Positions 7,959 through 17,569 of a stretch of 64,000 bases of DNA are shown here, one piece after another. This DNA is from a virus (taxonomy: Duplodnaviria; Caudoviricetes). Within the stretch, counting starts at the first letter, position 1, and each line of letters begins with the position of its first letter. The position numbers and the translations under genes are program-made. The DNA is taken from the IMG/VR virus record IMGVR_UViG_3300044630_002618, positions 1 through 64,000 of that record. One strand, 5' to 3'. The notes beneath the pieces were generated by a model. That model searched no databases. It was not told where the DNA came from and saw only the letters and a list, made by a program, of their open reading frames with translations.

Positions 7959-10054
7959 TTTCCCTTAGCCTCCGACCATGAGTTTGCTGAATGACAGGAT
8001 ACCTTCAATGGGATACCAGCGATAACTCGGTCTTGACCCATGGCTTGAACCATTACTTTTTGTGCTTCTTCTATGTGCTTATTTGGGACTGCTACCACTA
8101 ACTCGTCATGCACCTGTACCAATATCTTGGCATTGAATGGTTTCAGTGCTTCGTGAACATCAATCATAGCGATCTTGCAGATATCAGCCGCGGAACCTTG
8201 AACAATAGCATTGATTGCTTGGCGTTCTGCTCGTGCTCGTAAACCCTCATCACGACTTGTAAGTTCAGGTAGCCGACGACGACGACCCGACAAAGTACTC
8301 ACATAACCGCGTTGTATTGCTTTTACAATCTCAGTGTTCTTCCACGCAGATATTCCACTAAATTGTTTGTAATAGTTATTAATTACTTCTCTTGCTTTTT
8401 TTTCAGTAATGCCTGTAGTGCGAGCAAGTTTCTGTGCACCACCGCCGTACGCTGTCAGGAAGTTAACTCCCTTACCCAACTGTCGTTCCTCGGAAGTTAC
8501 ATCAGCGACTGGTTTGTTTAGGACAAGGGCGGCAGCGCCAGCATGGATGTCCTGCTCTTCAAGGAAGAACTTACTCATATTCTTATCCTTAGAAAACATG
8601 CACATAACCCTTAGTTCAATCTGATCATAGTCAGCCACGAGCAATGTATGACCGGCTGGTGCTACGAACAAACTCCGGATGCTGGAATCTCTTGGAATGT
8701 TTTGAAGATTGGGGTTACTAGAAGACAGGCGACCAGTTGCAGTTCTGTGGAGATGGTATGAGGGGTGAAGGCTATTGTTGACCAACTTTAGAAGAAGGCT
8801 GTCAACATAGGTTGACTTCATCTTCTTTACTTCTTGCCACTCAAGTAGTAATGGGATGAGTGGGTGGGCGTTTTCAATGAAGCGCAATGCTTCTTCGTCA
8901 ACAGATGACGCACCCTTGGCAGTCTGCTTGTGGGACTTTAGACCAAGACCACCATCTGCTTTGCTTTTAAATAAGAACTCTTGCTTACTCTTGTTGCTAT
9001 CGGGATTGAACCCTAAGGGGGTGAACTGGGACATCTCATTTAAGAGATCGCGCATGCGACCATCCAGTTCCCGACCAAGGACAACCATGGCACTTTTTTT
9101 GACAGGAATACCAATGTCTTCCATGTCCATAATGACACGGAGTACAACCATGTCTTGATCAAGGGCGTTCCGTAGACCTTCTTTGTTCTTGATCTTGTTC
9201 CACAGTCGCTTGTAAAGCATCCATGTCCAGCGGACATCTAGGTGGACATATTTGGTAGCCGATGAGAACGCCACGGTATTGATGATCTTGCCGAGTTTGC
9301 CCTCTTTGTAATAGGCGTCGTGCCCGTCATAATTGTGGGCGATTAAATCTGTCAGGCTGTAGCCACGGAGATTCTCATTCACGATGTGTTGCATGAGCAT
9401 CGTGTCCATAAATCCTGACAAAGGTAACTCAACATTTAGATACTTGCGAATAGAGCGGGCGTCAAACTTGACATTGTGACCCACCTTGATGATATTTGGG
9501 TCAGAGAATAAGGGTTCTAATGCTGTAAACACATCAGAACGAGATAGTTGTTCGGGTGGTGCGCTGAATACAGCGGGGATACGGTAACGAATCTTTGCCT
9601 CGGACTCAGTCCCATCCTTTTTTAGTTTGCGGTAGCCAGTAGGGGGAACGGTTGAACCGTCGCCAACTTCTTCGGGGACAATGATCTCACCGCATAAATG
9701 TCCCATTGGTATAGCCCAGGAATGACCATCGGTGGCTATACCAATCCAAAAGACTTCGTTACGCAAGGGATCAAGGGCGATGATACCTCGCCACTTTTCC
9801 ATCAGTCGTTCTTGCGTGGCTTCTCTAACCGCTGGGGAAGTAGTTACCATGTCGGCTAGGTGTTGCTTGAGTTCAGTGTTAAATGCATTCATGGCGTCAG
9901 CATGACGCTCAACTATTCCGCGTGTCTCCACATCAAATGCAAAAGCACCTACGCTTTGCACGATCTTAACGATCTCATGGATTTCTTCAATCGTAGAAAC
10001 AACAAGGGGAGGGGCTGTTAGACCCCTCCCCTCGCTACGAATATCTACGCTCAT
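7955..10054 (-). CDS. polA: Family A DNA polymerase with 3'-5' exonuclease
   Basis: ExoI FDVET, ExoII GHNVKFD, TATGRLSSSNPNLQNIP, motif A DYDQIELR, B KGVNFLTAYG, C VHDE. Confidence 0.95.
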   Translation of the reverse strand: MSVDIRSEGRGLTAPPLVVSTIEEIHEIVKIVQSVGAFAFDVETRGIVERHADAMNAFNTELKQHLADMVTTSPAVREATQERLMEKWRGIIALDPLRNEVFWIGIATDGHSWAIPMGHLCGEIIVPEEVGDGSTVPPTGYRKLKKDGTESEAKIRYRIPAVFSAPPEQLSRSDVFTALEPLFSDPNIIKVGHNVKFDARSIRKYLNVELPLSGFMDTMLMQHIVNENLRGYSLTDLIAHNYDGHDAYYKEGKLGKIINTVAFSSATKYVHLDVRWTWMLYKRLWNKIKNKEGLRNALDQDMVVLRVIMDMEDIGIPVKKSAMVVLGRELDGRMRDLLNEMSQFTPLGFNPDSNKSKQEFLFKSKADGGLGLKSHKQTAKGASSVDEEALRFIENAHPLIPLLLEWQEVKKMKSTYVDSLLLKLVNNSLHPSYHLHRTATGRLSSSNPNLQNIPRDSSIRSLFVAPAGHTLLVADYDQIELRVMCMFSKDKNMSKFFLEEQDIHAGAAALVLNKPVADVTSEERQLGKGVNFLTAYGGGAQKLARTTGITEKKAREVINNYYKQFSGISAWKNTEIVKAIQRGYVSTLSGRRRRLPELTSRDEGLRARAERQAINAIVQGSAADICKIAMIDVHEALKPFNAKILVQVHDELVVAVPNKHIEEAQKVMVQAMGQDRVIAGIPLKVSCHSANSWSEAKGK

Positions 10055-10776
10055 TCTTCAGACGAAATGGCGAGTAATTCTTTGCGGTTGGGAATCGGGA
10101 TAATCTCTTCCGTATAAGCACTCCGAAGAAACTTGCCTAATTCATCATCGCTCAAGTCCTGAACGCCCCATTCCTCTTCAAGGTCACGAGCCTTTACCAA
10201 CTGATGGTTGGTAGCGGTGGTCGCACCCTTGCCTGAGCGTGAAACCGCCCAGTAGTGCTTGGGCAGAGGTCCTTGGCGAGGATCATCATTGAAGTTCTTC
10301 AACTGGTCAATGACGCGTGAGCCAACTTCGTATGAGCGAAGTACGGGTTCTTCATCTTGAGTCAACAGGACCACATTGAATGCGAACTTGTTGCTGGGCT
10401 TGTTACCTGATTCGCACAGTGGGCATCCACGATCATCAATATTGGCGATGCAAGTGAATGACTTCTGACCAGTGCGCTCCATCCAGTGTTGGCGATAGGC
10501 GGCGTATGGTGCGGCTTCAAGGAACTTGATAATGATTGGCTCTTCAGCAATCTTGAGGCGCTGTGCGTATGACGAGTCGGTAACGCTTGACTTCAACTGG
10601 GAGACGCCTTCCCAACCACCGCGAATTACTTTGCGGGGTGCGGGTTCCGCTTTTGCGGGCTTACGCACGGGGGCATCGTCGTCATCGTCATCCTCAATGG
10701 CTCGTGACTTTCGTGGGGCTTCATATGCGACTTCGTCTTTTTCAAAAGCGTCGTCGTCATCATCGTATCTGGGCAT
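10051..10776 (-). CDS. Single-stranded DNA-binding protein (T4 gp32-like)
   Basis: YRQHW...C...CPLC Zn motif, SRSGKGATTAT, acidic N-terminus, adjacent to polymerase. Confidence 0.7.
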   Translation of the reverse strand: MPRYDDDDDAFEKDEVAYEAPRKSRAIEDDDDDDAPVRKPAKAEPAPRKVIRGGWEGVSQLKSSVTDSSYAQRLKIAEEPIIIKFLEAAPYAAYRQHWMERTGQKSFTCIANIDDRGCPLCESGNKPSNKFAFNVVLLTQDEEPVLRSYEVGSRVIDQLKNFNDDPRQGPLPKHYWAVSRSGKGATTATNHQLVKARDLEEEWGVQDLSDDELGKFLRSAYTEEIIPIPNRKELLAISSEE

Positions 10777-10911
10777 GATTTTTCTTTCTCGTGTGTGTGT
10801 TTGTGTTTGTTGGTTACTTGTCAGGCGCCTATTGGCGACCGATAAGTTCTTGGTGACCGAGCATATCTTGCGATTTGCTGTTCGGCGCGTTTTTCTTAAT
10901 AATTTCCCAAG

Positions 10912-11340
10912 TCACTTGGGCCAATTAGTTATTGCGTAATGTCTAAAGTCATTCCAGTGCTTGGAGTTTCTGTCGTCCAAGTTGAAGCGCTGTATACAGT
11001 CTTTCAGGAATTCTACTTGCTTGCGAGTATACAGGCGACGACCCTTGGGTACTTTGTTTGGTAACTGAGATTTCCGAGGTGCGGATGTCCTGTAGTTGGT
11101 CTTTGGTATCCACCCTTGATGCTCCCACATTCTTAGTGTACTTGCTGATCGGTTGATTGCTTTTCCTGCTTCGCCAATTGTGAACATTTCTACATCTACG
11201 CCATTAATGCGATAATTCTTAGATTGTGCGCCATTAATAGTATTGACTGCAATTGGTTTGTTTTTACCTCTATTTTTAGGTGGGCGGGAACCAGGCCAGT
11301 CAGGTAATCCTCCCATTAGTTCAATTGGGTCAATCCCCAT
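10912..11340 (-). CDS. MerR-like HTH DNA-binding protein
   Basis: FTIGEAGKAINRSASTLRMWEHQGWIP...RRLYT. Confidence 0.8.
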   Translation of the reverse strand: MGIDPIELMGGLPDWPGSRPPKNRGKNKPIAVNTINGAQSKNYRINGVDVEMFTIGEAGKAINRSASTLRMWEHQGWIPKTNYRTSAPRKSQLPNKVPKGRRLYTRKQVEFLKDCIQRFNLDDRNSKHWNDFRHYAITNWPK

Positions 11341-11342
11341 TG

Positions 11343-11507
11343 TTATTCCTCGTAACTAACAATACCGTCAGCCAAATTATCGCACCATGAGACTATTCGC
11401 TCTTGTTCATCTAATGAAACACCAGTTTCAGAATCACATAATGCATTTGCTAAATCTTCAGTTGGACATATAGAAATTACTCGTAAGAGACTAACGATTG
11501 CATCCAT
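11343..11507 (-). CDS. Small hypothetical protein
   Basis: Start re-called at MDAIVS to avoid overlap with 11510-11692. Confidence 0.55.
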   Translation of the reverse strand: MDAIVSLLRVISICPTEDLANALCDSETGVSLDEQERIVSWCDNLADGIVSYEE

Positions 11508-11509
11508 TG

Positions 11510-11692
11510 TCAGGATGAACTCGGAGTCTCCTTCGCGGGCTTCTTGGTTGTCATTATGAACGGGACGACGCCACCAGTGTGTCGGGAACACAGAGGTGGT
11601 CCGTTCGTTGGGATCATCGTCTCCAGTAGAGAGCCACATTTCGGACATTCCCATCTCCCGGGAGGTACTTGATCGGTTGTTGACTTAGACAT
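11510..11692 (-). CDS. Small zinc-finger protein
   Basis: GGAGG RBS before ATG 11692; WECPKCG...CSRH. Confidence 0.65.
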   Translation of the reverse strand: MSKSTTDQVPPGRWECPKCGSLLETMIPTNGPPLCSRHTGGVVPFIMTTKKPAKETPSSS

Positions 11693-11725
11693 GACTGCCT
11701 CCCTTTGTTTTAAGGTTATCATGTA

Positions 11726-12160
11726 TTACTTTTTAGGTTCAATGACCTTAAAAGCCCACGATTCCTTTTCGGAGTACAGTTCCTGGATTTCTGATTGCAA
11801 TTCGGGGTGTTCCCAAGCCACGGTAGCGAGGGCATCTTCATCCAACATCTGAACGGTGACGGATATCTGATCCCACAGGTCGTTCTTCTCAGCCCATTCG
11901 CGGGCTGACTCATGGTTCAAGGAAACTGAGACGCGACGCTCGCGCTTTAATTGAATACCACCCTTGGTCTCAATCCACTTGCTTCCCTTGTGGTCGGCAT
12001 ATCCATCAGTGTCAACTAGCGCCGACAACTCTTTTTTCAATTCGTCGGTACGGGCAGTGGCTAAATCACTGAAGGTCTTTGACTTGAGGTATTCCTCGGT
12101 AAGCCTTTGGATGTAGTTGTCCTCAGACGGTGATGGTTCTTGTCTAATAATTTTGGGCAT
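11726..12160 (-). CDS. Coiled-coil phage protein (Gam/Gp157-like)
   Basis: AGGAGG RBS; coiled coil then LDEDAL motif; family call weak. Confidence 0.5.
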   Translation of the reverse strand: MPKIIRQEPSPSEDNYIQRLTEEYLKSKTFSDLATARTDELKKELSALVDTDGYADHKGSKWIETKGGIQLKRERRVSVSLNHESAREWAEKNDLWDQISVTVQMLDEDALATVAWEHPELQSEIQELYSEKESWAFKVIEPKK

Positions 12161-12199
12161 TTGGTCCTCCTGGGTTGATTTGTAAATATAGCGCGCAGA

Positions 12200-13117
12200 T
12201 TACCAATTCGGCATTTGCGTTGAGTTTATTAATCCGAGTTCTATTTCATTATTGGTCATGTCACCAATATCTTTGGCGGTAGTTCCCGAATAATCCCACC
12301 ACCATACACCTTTGCGGAAGTATGGCAAGGATTTAAAGAACTTCTTTGATGATTGTTTTCCAGCATCATCATTATCCATTGCGATGATTACCTTGTCAGC
12401 AACTGATGCTAAGAGACCGATCTGCTTAGAACTAACAGCCGCCCCAAAAGTCGCTAAGGCTTGTGGCTTGTCAAAGACACTGGCAAAGCGCACAACATCA
12501 AGTGGGGATTCCACCAAGATTGCTGTACCGCCCTTGAAGCGTTCAATACCAAACAGGCTCTCAGATTTCTTGACACCAACTGGGAAGTTGCGGACCCAGT
12601 CCTTAGCCTTGGTCTGCCATCCCTGTAGGTCACCAAACTGGTTAACGATGGGGATAATCCAAGCGGCTCGCTCCGTATCCCATCGGATACCATGACTTCG
12701 GGCTTGGTCGGGGTCAATTGCTCGTTTCCTGAGTTCTATTTCGGGTGCGGCACCAAACTTTGAAAATGAAATCCAATCAACTTCGGGTTTCTTTTTAACA
12801 ACTTCTACCTCAGAAGTAAGTCTTTCTAAGTTGCGGTCAATCAGAAAATGATGGACAGCCATAATCGCGTCTGGTTCTCCAGTTAATTCTGAGACCAGCA
12901 TGCTCAATGTTCCGCGGGCACCGCATGAGAAACAAATCCATAGACCAGTCTCTGCGCTCATGCTCCATGATGGGGAACCATCATCGCGTCCCGTGACGCG
13001 CTTATGCACGGGACAGCGTCCTGAGATTTCCTTGCCCTCGGCACGGCGAATATCTACGCCGAGTGACTTGAGGACATTCCCAAGATCAGTCAAATGCGTC
13101 TCCGACACCATAGCCAT
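12200..13117 (-). CDS. DNA primase (Zn finger + TOPRIM)
   Basis: CPVH...CFSCG, LVESPLD, MDNDDAG, KDIGD. Confidence 0.9.
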   Translation of the reverse strand: MAMVSETHLTDLGNVLKSLGVDIRRAEGKEISGRCPVHKRVTGRDDGSPSWSMSAETGLWICFSCGARGTLSMLVSELTGEPDAIMAVHHFLIDRNLERLTSEVEVVKKKPEVDWISFSKFGAAPEIELRKRAIDPDQARSHGIRWDTERAAWIIPIVNQFGDLQGWQTKAKDWVRNFPVGVKKSESLFGIERFKGGTAILVESPLDVVRFASVFDKPQALATFGAAVSSKQIGLLASVADKVIIAMDNDDAGKQSSKKFFKSLPYFRKGVWWWDYSGTTAKDIGDMTNNEIELGLINSTQMPNW

Positions 13118-14348
13118 CCGCAGTCACCTCCGAGAAGTCCATGTTCTCCCAGTCCCACTTGATGTGTACTTCACCTGTGGGTGCGGAACGAGCCGCGACT
13201 ACGCGAATGATTGCTTGATCGTCTAAGTCAGGGTTACGCTCAACGCCGAGTACTAGGTCTGCGTCTTGCACGAACGACGATGAGTAACCAATTGCGTCGG
13301 TAGTAATTGCTCGCGTCTTCTTGTTACCAAGTTTCCAACCAAGAGCCTGCGTCGTTGCCACAACAGGAATGTCAAGTTTCTGAGACATACGCTTTAGACC
13401 ACGGGTGATATTGGTTAATGCCTGCGGGCTTCCTTTGGCTTCACCTTCCTCATCGTCCATGAGATACACACCGTCAACGATCAATAGGTCAGGTGAGTAC
13501 TCCTTGACCTTGCCCGTAAGGGCTGAGATAGTCGTGAGTGACGAGGTGTCTTCACTGAAGATAAACGGTTGCATGTTCTTGCGTTGCATGAGGGAGCGAC
13601 GAATGCGTTCCATTTCTTTGTTATCTAACTCACCACGAAGAATCTTGTTGAATGGGGTCTTGGAGATGATTGCGTCGTAACGCGCTTCTTGTTCCTCAAT
13701 GCTCATTTCAAACGAAACGAACATGGGAATCTTGCCATGGATGTGGCAAGAGTTAGCAATAATAAGAGCAAACAAAGACTTACCACGCTTTGGCTCACCC
13801 ACGAATACAACGAACTGTTGCGGTCTGAGACCTGAAGTAATTCTGTCTAAACCAAAGAACCCTGTTGGGATACCGCGCAGGGAGTTTGGTGTGCTACGCA
13901 TTTCTTCGTAGCGCATAACGCGAGTTTCCCAGTTTTGGATGATGTCAATATCCCGCATGCGGGACACTTCAACCGCGGCTGTTTGAATACCAACCGTCAG
14001 TGTGTCTAGGGCATCTTTGGTACGACCAACATTCAACAATGGCATTGTTGTTGAGATGACCTCAATCAAACGGTGCTGAGTATGCGCCTGAAAGATTTCC
14101 TCAATGAGTCGTGAGAATGTTTCAGCCTCGGCGTCATACAACTGGATGTCGGCGTACTGTGACTTGAATACACGCGCTGTCGGTACGGCATTGTGTTCTC
14201 GGTAAAAGCCCGTAAGCCAATGCCACACGCCCTGCCATGTATCTGAAAAGTGTTCTTCCTTAACTCCGGATTTTAACGGCGTTGCAATGTCAGCAGTTTG
14301 GATGATCTTTGAAACTAGGAGATGTTCGGGGGACGACATGATTACCAC
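13086..14348 (-). CDS. dnaB: Replicative DnaB-like helicase
   Basis: GIPTGF..LD.ITSGL, GEPKRGKS, SFEMS, IVDGVYLM, QDAD. Confidence 0.92.
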   Translation of the reverse strand: MVIMSSPEHLLVSKIIQTADIATPLKSGVKEEHFSDTWQGVWHWLTGFYREHNAVPTARVFKSQYADIQLYDAEAETFSRLIEEIFQAHTQHRLIEVISTTMPLLNVGRTKDALDTLTVGIQTAAVEVSRMRDIDIIQNWETRVMRYEEMRSTPNSLRGIPTGFFGLDRITSGLRPQQFVVFVGEPKRGKSLFALIIANSCHIHGKIPMFVSFEMSIEEQEARYDAIISKTPFNKILRGELDNKEMERIRRSLMQRKNMQPFIFSEDTSSLTTISALTGKVKEYSPDLLIVDGVYLMDDEEGEAKGSPQALTNITRGLKRMSQKLDIPVVATTQALGWKLGNKKTRAITTDAIGYSSSFVQDADLVLGVERNPDLDDQAIIRVVAARSAPTGEVHIKWDWENMDFSEVTADGYGVGDAFD

Positions 14349-14776
14349 GCTCTTTCGGAACCAAGCACTGTAGCGCGTATCCCAATGATTGCTTGCTGTT
14401 CTTGGGTGGCAACATAAATAACATGAATACTTCTGTTGAAGCGTAGGTCTTCTGCCAATGTTTCAATGTCAGGGTAAGCCTCTACCGAAGTAGAAACACC
14501 TTTGCGGATTAACCAATGCTCAATTTCGGGAACTGCCTCAACTGGCATGAGCGTGTAAATCAATGTACCAATACCACGGCGGTTCACTGAATCAATTAGA
14601 GACTTCAGTGGTAGTTCGTTTGGCTTCATGGTGTTAACCAGTGTGGGCATGTCTTTGACTTTTGATGCAAACCAGTTGCGTACTGACTTTGCACCTTTTG
14701 GGTAACTTGCTAAGACTCCCTCAAACAAAACTGCTTGCTGGATTGGTGCGTATGGGGCTAGGTCATTGCCCTGCAT
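14342..14776 (-). CDS. Hypothetical protein, possible degenerate HAD-like fold
   Basis: VLFEGVL resembles HAD motif I without the catalytic Asp; sits between loader and helicase. Confidence 0.55.
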   Translation of the reverse strand: MQGNDLAPYAPIQQAVLFEGVLASYPKGAKSVRNWFASKVKDMPTLVNTMKPNELPLKSLIDSVNRRGIGTLIYTLMPVEAVPEIEHWLIRKGVSTSVEAYPDIETLAEDLRFNRSIHVIYVATQEQQAIIGIRATVLGSERAW

Positions 14777-15369
14777 CAGGACACCGTGCTGATCGTCATG
14801 TCCTCTAGAACAGTTGCAACACGATCACCGTAGCGCCGAACAAATTCGGTTGGGGACAGGCATGTTGTAATGATTGTTTTACGAAGGTCCTCATTGCGTC
14901 GGCGCAATAAACTCCCGATTTCATGTTGTGAGAATTCAGTTGATCGTTCATCCCCAACTGCATCAAGCACGACAATGTCAAAAACACCCTTGAGGTACTT
15001 GACGATGTGTGGCATGGAGTACATCTCGGGAAGTTCGTTATCGTTGTCAAACTGGTCCTTGAGCATCTCAACATAGCGATCTGCCGTAATGAACCGACCT
15101 GAAGCAGATTTGTTTGTGAGGATGTCCCGCAAGATAGATACTGCGATTGGGGTCTTGCCAGCACCGCTTGGTCCATGCAAAAACAAACCGTTGGATTCAC
15201 CGCTGATGAACTTAGCGATGGCGTTAAAGGTCTTGTCTGAAATCAGAGATTCTTCGTACTGGGCGTCTTTCCAACGCGGTGGGAAGTTGGCCCATGCAAG
15301 TCGCTCCTCAAGAGGTCGGTTCTGCCACCATCGTGCTGATTTCCATTCGGTCGGCGGTGCTGAGGTCAT
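14776..15369 (-). CDS. DnaC/IstB-like AAA+ helicase loader
   Basis: GLFLHGPSGAGKT, VVLDAVGDE, TIITT, YGDRV. Confidence 0.88.
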   Translation of the reverse strand: MTSAPPTEWKSARWWQNRPLEERLAWANFPPRWKDAQYEESLISDKTFNAIAKFISGESNGLFLHGPSGAGKTPIAVSILRDILTNKSASGRFITADRYVEMLKDQFDNDNELPEMYSMPHIVKYLKGVFDIVVLDAVGDERSTEFSQHEIGSLLRRRNEDLRKTIITTCLSPTEFVRRYGDRVATVLEDMTISTVS

Positions 15370-16616
15370 GTTGTGGTTCTCCTTGTGAGTTGATAATTAA
15401 CTACGGCTTGCTTGAGTGATGGTGCTAACTCACGCAAGTTTTTGCGGGCAAGAATATCTTCGGGGATGGCAATCCCTGCGTCGGTCAAGATACTACGCAC
15501 AGGAGCCAGTTCGTTGTCAAGCACTGTCGTGCAGTTTGTGATGAGGAAGGATGCTGACTGGATTAAAGTATCAAAAAACGAGATGTCTTCAAATGCCACT
15601 TCTGCGATACCCACCAGCAACTCGGGGTATCTGTACGCGACATCCATCCCTCGCCTCCAAATAATCTTTTGCATTTTTTGATTAATGTCTTCGTCCCATG
15701 GGAGATCGGAGCCATGCTGAAAATCGTCGGATACCCACCCCAGTATCGGGGAGTTCTGCGAGACCCCCGTCATTTTGGACATCATCCCTGTTTGGACTTC
15801 TCGGGAACAAAAGACTCGCCATGGCGCTGGGGATTCAATGTTCCGTGATAGGGCAAAGAATTCCTCGGTCATCTTGGTCAGGTCGGGGACCTTGACCCCA
15901 GCATTGATTAGGCGCTTGATCTGAGCGCGGAATGCTGGGCGCTCACCCGTGGGGGTTATCTTCCCACCAACCCTGCGGGCGGTGAGTTCAAAATGGTCTA
16001 GGACTTGTGAGACTTCACTGGTGGTTTTCTTCAGGGCGATGGTCTCATCCCATGGTCGGTCGTTGTCAGGGTCAGCACCAAAAGTGGGCATAGGTTCTCC
16101 TTGTTGTTTTTTCGGGCGAAGCCCACAAAGGAAAATGTCGTTAGACATTTTCCTTTGTACTATATCTAAAGTACTATCTATAGAGACGCGTTCCCCCTGG
16201 TCACAGCCTCGTGGGGGGTTCACTGGTGACCCCCCTGGTAGGTCACTGGTGACCCCCCCTTTGGGGGTAGGCAGGTCACTGGTGACCCCACCTTTGCGTA
16301 GGGCTAGGTCACTGGTGAACCCCCCTTTGGGCTTGCGGTAATTGACAATTATGCTCTTCCCACGGTTCGCTGAAAGTATGGTTGATGTTACTACTTTGTG
16401 TAACTCTAACCACTTAATTGATCGTTTAACCGTAGAAGGTGACAGTCCTGAGATTCCTGAGATGTCGTCAATTGTCATAATCGGATTGCCGTCAAAGGGT
16501 GTCAAGCGGATGATGCACATGAGGATATGGGAGTGGGTCGGATTGCCCTTTTTGGTGATCAAATCAATCGCCCATATTGGGACCGCGGCAAACGGTCCGT
16601 TAAGTTTTCTAGACAT
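15366..16616 (-). CDS. Replication initiator (lambda O-like; N-terminal winged HTH, internal iterons)
   Basis: HTH TIDDISGISGLSPSTVKRSIKWL; KGG.TSDL repeats encoded by DNA iterons; directly upstream of the DnaC-like gene. Confidence 0.75.
   Translation of the reverse strand: MSRKLNGPFAAVPIWAIDLITKKGNPTHSHILMCIIRLTPFDGNPIMTIDDISGISGLSPSTVKRSIKWLELHKVVTSTILSANRGKSIIVNYRKPKGGFTSDLALRKGGVTSDLPTPKGGVTSDLPGGSPVNPPRGCDQGERVSIDSTLDIVQRKMSNDIFLCGLRPKKQQGEPMPTFGADPDNDRPWDETIALKKTTSEVSQVLDHFELTARRVGGKITPTGERPAFRAQIKRLINAGVKVPDLTKMTEEFFALSRNIESPAPWRVFCSREVQTGMMSKMTGVSQNSPILGWVSDDFQHGSDLPWDEDINQKMQKIIWRRGMDVAYRYPELLVGIAEVAFEDISFFDTLIQSASFLITNCTTVLDNELAPVRSILTDAGIAIPEDILARKNLRELAPSLKQAVVNYQLTRRTTT
16141..16325. 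other. Putative replication origin: four palindromic iterons plus AT-rich tract
   Basis: GGTCACTGGTGACC-type 14-mers at 16218, 16241, 16274, 16307; AT-rich 16141-16185 with GTACTAT x2. Confidence 0.7.
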
Positions 16617-16824
16617 GGTGGCTCCTCGTGGTGTCGGAAAGCATACACAAGAAAAGGGGGAGAAGGTGTTGCGTACACTGATTTCTTTCTGTATGATCTA
16701 AACACCGAGTTGGTGGTTCTCCTCGGGTGTCGCTGATCTCCTTGCTCAGCGTGGTGGTTATGGATGGGGCGCTATAGTGTAGAGTTATGCTATAAGCGCC
16801 CCATTCCATACAAGGAGTCCACAC

Positions 16825-17268
16825 ATGGCGACAGCCCCAGCCCTTACCAAATCCCTCAAAACCCTATTATCTGACACCGTCACTTTCTACTTCATGGCGC
16901 ACGGATTTCACTGGAATGTTGAGGGTTCTGACTTCAGCCAGTACCACGGTCTCTTCGCAGAAATCTATGAAGATGCCTACACAATGATTGACCCAGTCGC
17001 TGAGAACATCCGCAAACTGGATGATTACGCACCGTTCAATCTTCAGAAGTTTATTGATCTTCGGACACTTGAATTCAAAGAAGTAAGTCCGAATCCTAAG
17101 GCAATGTCAACGGCATTGTTGAAGGCTAACGAGGCACTGATCACTCAGTTAAATGCCTCATTCAAAGAAGCAACCAAAGCCGACCAGCAGGGTATTGCAA
17201 ACTTCTTATCCGAGAGGGTTGACAGTCAAATGAAATGGTCATGGCAACTACGAGCATCGGTTAAGTGA
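16825..17268 (+). CDS. dps: Dps / DNA-protecting mini-ferritin
   Basis: HGFHWNVEG.DF..YH.LF.EIY....D.VAE.IR ferroxidase signature; AAGGAG RBS. Confidence 0.92.
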   Translation: MATAPALTKSLKTLLSDTVTFYFMAHGFHWNVEGSDFSQYHGLFAEIYEDAYTMIDPVAENIRKLDDYAPFNLQKFIDLRTLEFKEVSPNPKAMSTALLKANEALITQLNASFKEATKADQQGIANFLSERVDSQMKWSWQLRASVK

Positions 17269-17278
17269 GGTAACCATC

Positions 17279-17569
17279 ATGGTTGAAAAGAATAAATACA
17301 CACGCAGTGGAGAAACCTTCTCGGGTTATAACAAGCCGAAGGCGACACCTGATCATCCCACCAAATCACATGCGGTTCTTGCAAAACAAGGAGAGACCGT
17401 CAAGTTGATTAGGTTTGGTGAACAGGGCGCCGAGACAGCAGGTAAGCCCAAAGAGGGAGAGTCTGAGCGCATGAAGGATAAGCGCGCATCGTTTAAGGCT
17501 CGCCACGGTAAAAATATTGCTAAGGGTAAGATGAGCGCGGCTTATTGGGCCGACAAGGTGAAATGGTAA
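17279..17569 (+). CDS. Small basic phage protein
   Basis: GYNKPK...KSHAVLAK...KLIRFG...FKARH...SAAYWADKVKW; GAGGT RBS. Confidence 0.8.
   Translation: MVEKNKYTRSGETFSGYNKPKATPDHPTKSHAVLAKQGETVKLIRFGEQGAETAGKPKEGESERMKDKRASFKARHGKNIAKGKMSAAYWADKVKW

Noticed and set aside
16199-16325. Mini CRISPR array
   Set aside because: Repeats are 14 bp with 9-19 bp spacers inside a coding gene; they fit iterons
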